Shown: one piece after another, positions 10,367 through 19,439 of the stretch
How the letters are laid out: every line of letters starts with the position of its first letter
How positions within the stretch are numbered: the stretch's first letter is position 1
From: Candidatus Obscuribacterales bacterium
GTDB taxonomy: Bacteria > Cyanobacteriota > Vampirovibrionia > Obscuribacterales > Obscuribacteraceae
Length of the DNA: 64,000 bases
Direction: 5' to 3'
NCBI GenBank assembly: GCA_965228855.1
Contig: CBDDIJ010000003.1
Span: forward strand, 2,752,001 to 2,816,000
Program-made: the position numbers and the translations under genes
Notes under the pieces: model-generated
What the model saw: the letters and a program-made list of their open reading frames with translations, nothing else
The model's database searches: none
Told to the model about the DNA's origin: nothing

Positions 10367-12463
10367 TCACAGTTTCGAGAATGAGCCGAGAATTTTTTCT
10401 TTGAGCACTTTGTCAAAGTATTCGGCTGACATCTTCCGACCAGGCACCAATTGTAGTGCCGCTAAACCCTCACCACGATTATAGTAGATCACCGCGCCCT
10501 TAGGGCTCAAGCGGGTTTTTGGATTCGGGTAACTGATTACTTGAACGAAACCAGAGAGATCATTGTTTACCCCGAAGTTTTCAACACGAACTAACTCGCC
10601 GACCAGGGCGTTTGTGTTTTCGCTCTGAAAGTTCTTGACCAGGAAAGCGGCTAATTGCGTAACTTCGGTTGCCCGCTTATCGTACAGCGCGATTTCAAAA
10701 ATGCGCCCCTCGGACTCTTTCCACGGCGGCTCCGTAGAAAGCTCCTCTGAATAGGTGTTTTCATCGAACTTCCAACCTTCCAGGTCGAGTAGCCCATGCT
10801 TGCATGGTGAAAGATCATCAAAAGGAACCTCAGCTACATGTTTAGTGGCTCCATCGCTCGGTTGATATGGCACAGGTCCTTCAAGTGGCGCCTCATCCGC
10901 CTCTGCTCGACTAACACCGACGGCAGAAGCCAAGTTCGGGCGGTCCTCCAAATCAGTCTTGGTCTGAGCATTTTCATCAGAGGTCGGAACCTGTTCGCCA
11001 TCAATATGCTTTTCGCTTTCTGGTTGCGAAACTTGATCGATCACTTGCGCGTCGTGGTTACGAGAAGAGATCATGTAAAACATGGCACCAGCACCAACGA
11101 GTCCAAGGATTAGCAGAACAATACTAAATTGCATCACCGGCTTGCGGAAGAAGCTTTTGCTCTCAGTAGTCTCAGATAGGTGCTCCGAAGATCCGGTTTG
11201 ACTCTCCTGTCTCTGCGGATTTCCTGAGCCTGACTGCGTCTTCGATGCAGACCGAAGAGACGGATCGGAAAGCAATGCCTCCGCCTCGGTTTCACTCATA
11301 TCGATATTGCCACTGCCTGTGGTGTGGTTGGAGCGAAAACCGCGTGTACCTGTTGTCTGTACTTCCCGTTTCTTAGGATGCGCTTCACCAGGCTTCTTAA
11401 CTACAGGTGCGGATTTCCCTTTTGAATTATCGGTCTGTTTCGTCTCGTGCGTGGCACCATCCTCGGTATCAGGTTGCGCACCAGGCAAGTCAGTGACAGG
11501 CAAGCCGCCGGCTTTGAGCAACGCCTTGCGAAACTCATTCATAGTTCGGTATCGAGACTCAGGATCTTTTGCAAGTGCCTTGATAACACAAATTTCCAAT
11601 GCTTGCGGAACAGTATGGTCGGGTTTGACAAACATGAAAGCGCGCGGCAGTTCCTGCATCTGGCGCATCATTGTTTCTACCGGGGTGTTGCCTTGAATGG
11701 GAGGAACACCTGTCAGGACCTGGTAGAGCACACAGCCCAGCGCATAGATATCAGTGCGCTCGTCAGCCCGCTTCGACAGACATTGTTCAGGACTCATGTA
11801 CAGGGGACTTCCGAAGACCTGTCCGGTGCCCGTTAGCTTGCTGACTGTCGAGCCGTCGGCGGCAAGCAGTTTCGCAATTCCAAAGTCTACGATAATCGGA
11901 AGCTCATCGCCGTTTGGACCTCTAGAGATAATGATATTGCCGGGTTTGATATCGCGGTGAATGACACCGCGTTGATGAGCATGAAACAGACCGTCGCAAA
12001 GCTGGGCGAAGAGCGGAACGGCACGCTCAGGCGAGAGGTGTCCTTCCGCTTTCAAGACATCACCCAGGTCTTTGCCTTCCAGGTATTCCATGGTGAGAAA
12101 GGGGACATCGTCGCTCAGGAGCCCGAAATCAAGGACCCTGACGACGTTTACGTGGCGAAGGGTGGCAACCGCTTTTGACTCCTGCTGAAACCTTTGAAGC
12201 GCATCGCCATCTGAAATCAGCTCCGTTCGCAGCATCTTGAGAGCCTCGAAGCGCTGCATGAACAGGTGGCGCACCTTATAGACGATGCTCATGCCGCCTC
12301 GCCCGAGCAGTTCGAGGACTTCGTATTTATCCGCCAGCGTTTTCCCGACGTAAGGGTCGGCGGCAATCGTGCTCAGTTTAGAGCCGTCCTCGGGGCAAAT
12401 TTCTTCACCAGCCGACGCGACAAAGCCGCATCTAAAGCAGAATCTATGACCTGTGGTCTGCAT
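10367..12463 (-). CDS. Membrane-anchored Hanks-type Ser/Thr protein kinase
   Basis: N-terminal Cys motif (CFRC..CPED), GRGGMSIVYK, HRDIKPGN, DFG, YMSPEQ, one TM helix and a C-terminal extracytoplasmic domain. Confidence 0.93.
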   Translation of the reverse strand: MQTTGHRFCFRCGFVASAGEEICPEDGSKLSTIAADPYVGKTLADKYEVLELLGRGGMSIVYKVRHLFMQRFEALKMLRTELISDGDALQRFQQESKAVATLRHVNVVRVLDFGLLSDDVPFLTMEYLEGKDLGDVLKAEGHLSPERAVPLFAQLCDGLFHAHQRGVIHRDIKPGNIIISRGPNGDELPIIVDFGIAKLLAADGSTVSKLTGTGQVFGSPLYMSPEQCLSKRADERTDIYALGCVLYQVLTGVPPIQGNTPVETMMRQMQELPRAFMFVKPDHTVPQALEICVIKALAKDPESRYRTMNEFRKALLKAGGLPVTDLPGAQPDTEDGATHETKQTDNSKGKSAPVVKKPGEAHPKKREVQTTGTRGFRSNHTTGSGNIDMSETEAEALLSDPSLRSASKTQSGSGNPQRQESQTGSSEHLSETTESKSFFRKPVMQFSIVLLILGLVGAGAMFYMISSRNHDAQVIDQVSQPESEKHIDGEQVPTSDENAQTKTDLEDRPNLASAVGVSRAEADEAPLEGPVPYQPSDGATKHVAEVPFDDLSPCKHGLLDLEGWKFDENTYSEELSTEPPWKESEGRIFEIALYDKRATEVTQLAAFLVKNFQSENTNALVGELVRVENFGVNNDLSGFVQVISYPNPKTRLSPKGAVIYYNRGEGLAALQLVPGRKMSAEYFDKVLKEKILGSFSKL

Positions 12464-12717
12464 ATGAGAGGGAGAACAGTTCGGTTGTACCAGCCAACCC
12501 TGCGATCATGACAGAAATCGGCAGCCTCTACCACTGGCAAAATGGTGAAAGCAAAAACAGAGCTTTTTTCTTAAGCCTTACAGGAAGAGCATTTAAGTTC
12601 TTTTACTTACATGCGTCCGTCACACATTGCAAAATGCTTTCAGAGTACAATTCTCGTTACCGTCCACAGAGGCTGGATCGCGGACGCTTGAATGCGACGA
12701 ATGCGACTGGAGGAAAA

Positions 12718-14022
12718 ATGACCACCGCAGAAAAAATGGGTGCTACCATCGATCACGAAGAAGACAGGAACGAATGGGACACCGAAGACTTCAAAATGGC
12801 GCAGAGTTTTCTTGATAAAACGACCCGCTGGATGAAGTTGGACGAGAACGTGCTTTTGCCGCTCAGAAACCCCAAGCGGGCTATGACAGTCATGGTTCCG
12901 GTCAGACGGGACGACGATTCAGTCAGCTCTTACATCGGTTATCGCGTTCATCACGACCTGGCGATGGGACCCGGTCTGGGCGGTGTCAGATTCAGCGCCG
13001 GGCTGAGCATGGGCGAAGTCGCCGCCATGGCCATGCGTATGACCTGGAAATGCGCTTTGATGAACCTTCCATTCGGTGGAGCTCACGGCGGGCTGAGAAT
13101 AGACCCGCGTATTCATTCCCAGAACGAATTGGAAAGAGCAACCCGGAGATACTGCTCAGAAATCATTGAACTGATCGGTCCCAACGCCGATATTCAAACT
13201 CCGGACCTGAATACGAACGAGCAAACCATGGCGTGGATTCTCGATACGTTCAGCGTTAACGTCGGAAACACTATTCCTTCAATCGTTACCGGCAAGCCCA
13301 AGTCGATCGGTGGCTCGCTGAGTTCCGCTCATGCCACCGGATACGGTGTCGCCCTCGTCACACGCAGTGTGATGAGACATAACAACCTTGACAAAAAGAC
13401 ACCGAAAGTCGTCATACAGGGTTTCGGCCAGGTCGGTTCTGCCGTAGCCCGCAGCCTTCACGCCATGGGATACGAAATCATTGCCGTCTCAGACAGCCAG
13501 GGGGGCATCTACAACCGTGACGGGCTGGACATTAATGCCATTGCGGACCACAAAGCGAAGACCGGCTCAGTGAAGGGATTCAAGGGTGCTCAAGCAGTTT
13601 CGAACGCAGATCTACTGCAGCTCGAATGCGACATTCTAGCGCCATGCGCTGTAAGAAACCAGATCAACGCGGACAATGCCGGCTCCATCAAGTGCAAAGT
13701 TCTTGTCGAGGGAGCAAACGGCCCGGTCACTCCGGACGCCGACGAGATTTTAGAGAAACAAGGCATCATCGTGGTGCCGGATATTCTTACGAACGGTACC
13801 GGAGTCACGGTCGGTTACTTCGAGTGGGTGCAAGGTTTGATGCGCCTGCTCTGGACGGAAGACGAAGTCTATGCTCGTCTGGAAGAACTGGTCGACCGAG
13901 TCACTCATAAAGTGTTTAAAACTTCCGAACAGTACGGCGGATGCTCGTTGAGAATGGCCGCAATGCGAATCGCCATCGACCGAGTGGTAGAGGCTCGTTG
14001 GCTCCGCGGTCTTTATCCGTAG
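12718..14022 (+). CDS. Glu/Leu/Phe/Val dehydrogenase family protein, probably non-catalytic (regulatory-subunit-like)
   Basis: GGAGG SD before ATG 12718. GDH fold motifs (GYRVHH, MTWKCA, TGKP..IGGS, QGFGQVG, EGANGP, YFEWVQ), but GPxKGG is GPGLGG and GGxKGG is GGAHGG. Confidence 0.9.
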   Translation: MTTAEKMGATIDHEEDRNEWDTEDFKMAQSFLDKTTRWMKLDENVLLPLRNPKRAMTVMVPVRRDDDSVSSYIGYRVHHDLAMGPGLGGVRFSAGLSMGEVAAMAMRMTWKCALMNLPFGGAHGGLRIDPRIHSQNELERATRRYCSEIIELIGPNADIQTPDLNTNEQTMAWILDTFSVNVGNTIPSIVTGKPKSIGGSLSSAHATGYGVALVTRSVMRHNNLDKKTPKVVIQGFGQVGSAVARSLHAMGYEIIAVSDSQGGIYNRDGLDINAIADHKAKTGSVKGFKGAQAVSNADLLQLECDILAPCAVRNQINADNAGSIKCKVLVEGANGPVTPDADEILEKQGIIVVPDILTNGTGVTVGYFEWVQGLMRLLWTEDEVYARLEELVDRVTHKVFKTSEQYGGCSLRMAAMRIAIDRVVEARWLRGLYP

Positions 14023-14055
14023 AACGATACGAACTCCGCTCGTTCAAGACCTCAA

Positions 14056-14838
14056 CTAAAATTTCCTTCGCTCATCATTAATGCGCCAGATGGGGTCGGA
14101 TTCGCGCAACTCCATATTAACCGCTAAGACATCTTTGAGAAGCTGCTTAACCTCAGGCGGCGCGCCGCTGTCAAGGTCCTCGCGAGCAAACATCGAGTGA
14201 ATGCTGTCGACCTGTTCATACGGACTATCATCCGGTCTGTCAACGGTACGCTTGCGAAGCAAATCCACCATTGCCGCTTGATCCGGATCACCATCCGTAT
14301 AGAGTTTCATCACTTTGCTCGCCTGATTGAAAGCGATGTCGCGCGGATCGGTTTTCTCAAACTGAGAATTATCGTCCAGGAAAGCTCGGTCTGAGCGTTC
14401 AGCCATCACGCCTTGTTCGGTATACATGTAATAGAGATGCTCATAAGGCTTGAGTTTTCGTTCCAACTCCTGCAGCTTGTCGTACTGTTCGCCTTTTGCG
14501 TCATTAGTCAATAGATCTTCTTTAGAAGCGGTCGTCTTCCCGTCCCCGGTGCTCTGGGAGACAACCAGATCGATGTCCAGCAATTCCCCAGTACTTTTAT
14601 CAATGGTCGAATCAGGCTGAATCCTTTTGCCGGTACCCTTGACGGCCTGTTCACCGTTATAGTTAATTGCATTGCTATCAAGGTCTTTGGCGAACTGCAG
14701 CTGCTCTCCCTTCGACAAACTATGTATCTCATCGTGAAAGGCGGATATATTCGAGCCCTGCTCCGCGGAATCCATAACTCTGTCGGCCAGGTCTTGAGTT
14801 TTAGTCTTCTCCGCCGGCTTATGTAGTTGCTCTCCCAT
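14056..14838 (-). CDS. Hypothetical protein
   Basis: 260-aa ORF with AGGAGAG SD; no recognised motif. Confidence 0.7.
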   Translation of the reverse strand: MGEQLHKPAEKTKTQDLADRVMDSAEQGSNISAFHDEIHSLSKGEQLQFAKDLDSNAINYNGEQAVKGTGKRIQPDSTIDKSTGELLDIDLVVSQSTGDGKTTASKEDLLTNDAKGEQYDKLQELERKLKPYEHLYYMYTEQGVMAERSDRAFLDDNSQFEKTDPRDIAFNQASKVMKLYTDGDPDQAAMVDLLRKRTVDRPDDSPYEQVDSIHSMFAREDLDSGAPPEVKQLLKDVLAVNMELRESDPIWRINDERRKF

Positions 14839-14967
14839 GATTCTCTCCTGCGTGCCTTCTCATACCGTATATGCCCATTGGCGATGCGACCGACATTAAC
14901 TTTGAGCGGGCAAATCCCGTAAAATTGAGACGGCGGAATTCGGTTGCGACAAGGAAATTTGCTTGGA

Positions 14968-16608
14968 ATGAGCGGCTCTGACGAAGAATATTCAGAAAAC
15001 ACAGACGAAAATCATCAGACAGAAAATTATCGTCCGACCGCAGAAGAACTCAGCAACGTCATCGAGCTGAATGATTTCAGACATGACTATGAGAACATGC
15101 GACCCGGTCTTCTATCGAGAACGCGGCTTACTATTGCGGCTGTGGCGTTATTCTTCATCGCCCTGATTCTGGTACCGGCTCTCACGCCACTGGGTGAACT
15201 TCTGCCGAGCAATGGTCTTACAAGAACAGACGTCGGAAAATTTAGAGTCGATGTTTTTGAGCTTCCTTCGTTGAAGCGTGTCGAAAACCGCATGACCACT
15301 CTCAATTCGTCTGTCATTTTGGAGCAACTGGGCTGGTCGACAATGTTTAGAGCCCACGACGAACACGATAACCACGCTTACTTTGAATTGAAGGTGACTG
15401 ATTTTGTGCCGTTGAAAATTGGCGAAAACGGTTCTCTTCCGAGGACTTCAGAGAAAACACTATCGCACTTTTCTTTCATGAGAAAGGATGGAAAGTTTTT
15501 TGTTTTCAAGAACGACACAAAGCTCACGGAAGTGGCTGGTATTGCATCTGGTGACATTCAGAATTGGAATCTAAATGAATGTCCGCCGTTAATATTTAAC
15601 TACGGAAAGTCAGCAGCACTATATGACGTTAAAACTGCGGGCGCTTCCTCCGTGGCGTATATAGCAGACTTAAACAATCCGTCGGCAATTCTCGTGCCGG
15701 AATTTCAAAGTTTGGAAACAGTGGCCGCAGATCGATTTGGCAAACAATTTTTCGCATTGAGCAGTGACACCATACACGATACCGCTCTTACTCAGAGAAA
15801 ACTGGTTGGCGCTAACTTCGATTACAAACCACCAGCGGTGGCAACCTTCGACACCGGAGTTTTGATGGAGACGAAATTATTCCATTGCGGACCAGCAGCG
15901 ACATTGGCCTTGATAGACGCCGAAAAACTGAGAGTTATCAGCGCACGCGATGGGCAGCCTATTGCGGTTTATTATTTCAAAGAGATTTTCGATGAACAGC
16001 AACAGAAAGATATGGCAGACACCGAACCTAAATCTGGAGATCCGGCCGGGCAAAATCGACTGTCTCATCCGCGTTTCGAAGTTCTCCCCGGAGTGCCGGC
16101 GGCAATTTGCGGAGACGAACTAATTGACATGCGCTCAGGAAAAATTGTTGATACCTTGAGGAATTTTTCGAAATTCAGCGCTTTGACAGTCGATTACAAA
16201 CATCAGATTTTCTACTACAGTTCTAACGAAGTAAGCGGGCATCCAACCGCTTCTTACATGACGGTAAACGTTTACGACCTGGACAAGGTATCACTGGTCA
16301 ATCAGGTTGTACTCGGACCGCAGAGCATGCGCGCACCGGTGAAGAAGGAAACCGCTGATGTCGAGGAGCAGCGCCTGGACAGCATTCAACACCTATTCGT
16401 CACAGAGGACGACAAGCTTATCGTGGTAACGGCTCCGGCTGACGAAGCGCGGCTCAATCGTTTCGAGCCCATGAAAATTAAGAACCCGGAGCTAACACTC
16501 CGGGTTCGGGGGATACGGGAGACACTAATCCGTGCGGCAAGACACGGAGTGGACCAAGAACGCTTAAAACTCAATCCACACAACCATTTTATGTTCGCGC
16601 GCCGTTAA
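14968..16608 (+). CDS. Hypothetical single-pass membrane protein (beta-rich extracytoplasmic part)
   Basis: Long ORF with a TM helix LTIAAVALFFIALILVPAL. Start uncertain (14944 TTG or 14968 ATG). Confidence 0.7.
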   Translation: MSGSDEEYSENTDENHQTENYRPTAEELSNVIELNDFRHDYENMRPGLLSRTRLTIAAVALFFIALILVPALTPLGELLPSNGLTRTDVGKFRVDVFELPSLKRVENRMTTLNSSVILEQLGWSTMFRAHDEHDNHAYFELKVTDFVPLKIGENGSLPRTSEKTLSHFSFMRKDGKFFVFKNDTKLTEVAGIASGDIQNWNLNECPPLIFNYGKSAALYDVKTAGASSVAYIADLNNPSAILVPEFQSLETVAADRFGKQFFALSSDTIHDTALTQRKLVGANFDYKPPAVATFDTGVLMETKLFHCGPAATLALIDAEKLRVISARDGQPIAVYYFKEIFDEQQQKDMADTEPKSGDPAGQNRLSHPRFEVLPGVPAAICGDELIDMRSGKIVDTLRNFSKFSALTVDYKHQIFYYSSNEVSGHPTASYMTVNVYDLDKVSLVNQVVLGPQSMRAPVKKETADVEEQRLDSIQHLFVTEDDKLIVVTAPADEARLNRFEPMKIKNPELTLRVRGIRETLIRAARHGVDQERLKLNPHNHFMFARR

Positions 16609-16696
16609 TTACATCACCTATTCAGGCGATTTGAAAAACACTCACCCTGGCTAAACCGTCTTAGACCTTGCGCAATCAAAATAGATGCGAATTCAG

Positions 16697-17638
16697 CTAA
16701 AATGCCACAGGTTGGAGCTTAAGAGCTTCATGCACTTCGTACTTGCGCATCTGAGCCTCGATGTCAGCTTCGCGAAGCACCCCGGTTTCGGTGACCAGCC
16801 CACTGAGCAGCTCAAACGGCACCAGGTCGAACTGATGGTTCAGGAGCGAAACGCCTTTGGGAGCATCGCTCCAGACTTCCTCGCCCGGTCGATCATGTGA
16901 TTCGAATTCAAAGAGACGTTCGTCACCGACGAACTTTTCAGAACCTGATAGTGCGTACAACGGCACTTTCAATTCACGGCAAGCTACAGCCAGCATCCAG
17001 GAGCCGACTTTGTTAACCACTCCCGGTCTGGCAATGCAATCGCACCCCATGAAAGCAGTTGCGCAATTCGGCAGAATCAGACTCATGGCGTTATCGAAGG
17101 TGTGAATGACCTCGATCCCGCCTGACGCGAAGCGCGCAGCAAGTTTGCGCCCTTCCATACTCGGTCTGGCCTCTGTGCAGGCGACTCGGAAATAGCGTCC
17201 CCGGGCACGGGCATTCAGCAGAGCCGAAACCACGGTCGAGCTGAATGAATAAGCGAACACCAGTGAGCCGGGCTCAATCAGGTCGTAAGCGGCATCGGCA
17301 ATCGTCGCTGCACTTTCACACAACATCTTCTCGTAGTCATCGAGAGTTTTCTGGCACTTCTCGGACAATTCCTGCGTGGTTGCGGCATCGTCTATGGCTA
17401 TAAGAACCTTGTTGCACAGGTGAAACAGCGGCGCCATCGCCGGTTGACCAGAAACCAGCTCTTTGCTTGCCTGTTGGATTAAACCGCGAACGACCTCAGG
17501 CGATTCCTTCGCCTTTTCGGTAAAAATAGTTTGAAACACCACAATGGCACGAAGCGCCAGTTCTGCAGCCCCCGACAAAAGGTCCTCTTTTATCGGCGCG
17601 ACCAGCTCGGAAATCCATTCTGAATCAGACTTGCTCAT
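16697..17638 (-). CDS. eIF-2B alpha/beta/delta family protein (MtnA/ribose-1,5-bisphosphate isomerase fold)
   Basis: SGA..LA, QPAMAPL, EARPSMEG, GCD, VVNKVGS, K..F, FDLVP..L.SGLVTETG. Confidence 0.85.
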   Translation of the reverse strand: MSKSDSEWISELVAPIKEDLLSGAAELALRAIVVFQTIFTEKAKESPEVVRGLIQQASKELVSGQPAMAPLFHLCNKVLIAIDDAATTQELSEKCQKTLDDYEKMLCESAATIADAAYDLIEPGSLVFAYSFSSTVVSALLNARARGRYFRVACTEARPSMEGRKLAARFASGGIEVIHTFDNAMSLILPNCATAFMGCDCIARPGVVNKVGSWMLAVACRELKVPLYALSGSEKFVGDERLFEFESHDRPGEEVWSDAPKGVSLLNHQFDLVPFELLSGLVTETGVLREADIEAQMRKYEVHEALKLQPVAF

Positions 17639-17752
17639 GACAATCACCCTAAGAAAACAGCTCTTCGACTGAAAAACCAGCCGTGACATCCCTGATTACA
17701 AGATGGAGGACATCGAAAACAATACCAGTTTAACGGCTTGTCAACGAAAACT

Positions 17753-19357
17753 CTAGAGCTTAGCTTCGGCTAGCGCTTCAGTCATCTGGCGAGTCAGTAT
17801 GGGCATTTTGTCTTCGGTTGAGACATGAGCCCAAGGCAATATTTCGGTTTCCGGAATATCTCGATAGGCGTAGTACTTCAATGAGGGAACGGAATCCTCG
17901 TACTCTCGAAGGACCTTTTTCCAGACTCCAAGAGACTCTCCGGCTTTCGCAACCGCGGTCAGAACCGGAGTGAGTCGCCGGTCACCGCGCGAGAGAAGAG
18001 CCTGTATATCGCTCCAGTTGTGACTTTCCACACGGACATCCACACCAATCTTGGCTAGATTTTTGCGTAGATACTCCAATTTTTGCTTGGACTGCGGATC
18101 TCTCCCCTTCCATTGAAAGGGCGTTTGAGCTTTGGGCACGAAAGAAGTGCAACCAAAAACGAACTTCAGCTTTTTATGCGTCTTTTTCAACTCGGTGATC
18201 AGGCGCGCTGTTTCACTGATGTCGTCTATTGTCTCGAAAGGCAATCCGGCAATACCATAGAATTTCAAACCGCTCATGCCACCAGATTCGATGGCATCCA
18301 CAGCGTGAACGATCTCGGTTTCGGTCAGATTCTTTTTCATGATTCGACGCAAACGTTCCGACCCGGACTCGATTGCAATAGTTACCGATTTTTGCCCGAG
18401 CGCTCTCAGTTTTCCAACTAGTTCGGCGTTCAGAGTATCCGCTCGGACGGACGCTACCGTCACACTCAGCCCCTCGCGAGAAAGTAAACCGTCGAGTACA
18501 TTGTCAAACTCGGGATGTTCGGTTATCGACGGTCCCATCAATCCAATTTTATTCGTAAACTGACGAGCTAGATCCACCTTCTTCAAAATCGTGTCCACAG
18601 GCGCTGTTCGAAACGGGCGAGTCAGATAACTGGCAAGACAAAAGCGACACTCCTGCGGGCAACTACGCGCAATCTCAATCAAAAATGTTTCGTTCCAGGT
18701 CGTATCGGGCGACAGCATTATCGAATGAGCCACATAATCTTCCGGGGCGCGGAAAAGCAGTTTTGACACTCGTTCCGGTGTTTCCTCATGCAAAGCGTTA
18801 ACTGCCGAAATCGGTCCGGTTGCACTCTCGAATTCGAATTCGTAAAGAGATGGAACGTACACGCCGGGATAAGTTGATAGCTTCAACAAGCGCTCGCGTC
18901 GGTCTGAGACCCCCTTCAACTCTCGCATCGCATCAAGCAATCGGGGGATCGTTACCTCCGCGTCCCCCAAAAGGACGACGTCGAAGATGTCGGCATATGG
19001 TTCCGGGTTGGCGGATAGAACAGGACCTCCGCCGAAGACGATTGGATCTTCATCGGTCCGGTCTTTAGACAGCCAGGGAATTCCGTGCTTCTCCAACATG
19101 CCAAAAACGTTGATGAAATCTAGCTCCCACGAGATGGTGAAGCCAAACAACCGGCAATCACGAGAAACATCCTCAGACACATCTTTGAACACTCGACTGA
19201 CTCGAACGTCCGGTGCGCTGTCAAACAAATCATAGATTAGCTGAAATCCCAGCCCGGACATACCGATCGAATAGTCGTGCGGAAAGCACCAGGCGACTTC
19301 AATTTCAGCCTGAGTCTTCGGATGCTTTGGAATTAATCGAATTTCCCGTTCGAACAT
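17753..19357 (-). CDS. Radical SAM protein (B12-binding/YgiQ-like)
   Basis: EIARSCPQECRFC CxxxCxxC motif, GGPVLSANPEP, FVPKAQTPFQW. Confidence 0.9.
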   Translation of the reverse strand: MFEREIRLIPKHPKTQAEIEVAWCFPHDYSIGMSGLGFQLIYDLFDSAPDVRVSRVFKDVSEDVSRDCRLFGFTISWELDFINVFGMLEKHGIPWLSKDRTDEDPIVFGGGPVLSANPEPYADIFDVVLLGDAEVTIPRLLDAMRELKGVSDRRERLLKLSTYPGVYVPSLYEFEFESATGPISAVNALHEETPERVSKLLFRAPEDYVAHSIMLSPDTTWNETFLIEIARSCPQECRFCLASYLTRPFRTAPVDTILKKVDLARQFTNKIGLMGPSITEHPEFDNVLDGLLSREGLSVTVASVRADTLNAELVGKLRALGQKSVTIAIESGSERLRRIMKKNLTETEIVHAVDAIESGGMSGLKFYGIAGLPFETIDDISETARLITELKKTHKKLKFVFGCTSFVPKAQTPFQWKGRDPQSKQKLEYLRKNLAKIGVDVRVESHNWSDIQALLSRGDRRLTPVLTAVAKAGESLGVWKKVLREYEDSVPSLKYYAYRDIPETEILPWAHVSTEDKMPILTRQMTEALAEAKL

Positions 19358-19439
19358 GATTCACATTCTCGCAGAATAATTGCGGAAGAACAGCGGCTGT
19401 ACAGCATTGTGACAATTTCGGTTCTGAGAGAAACCCAGT

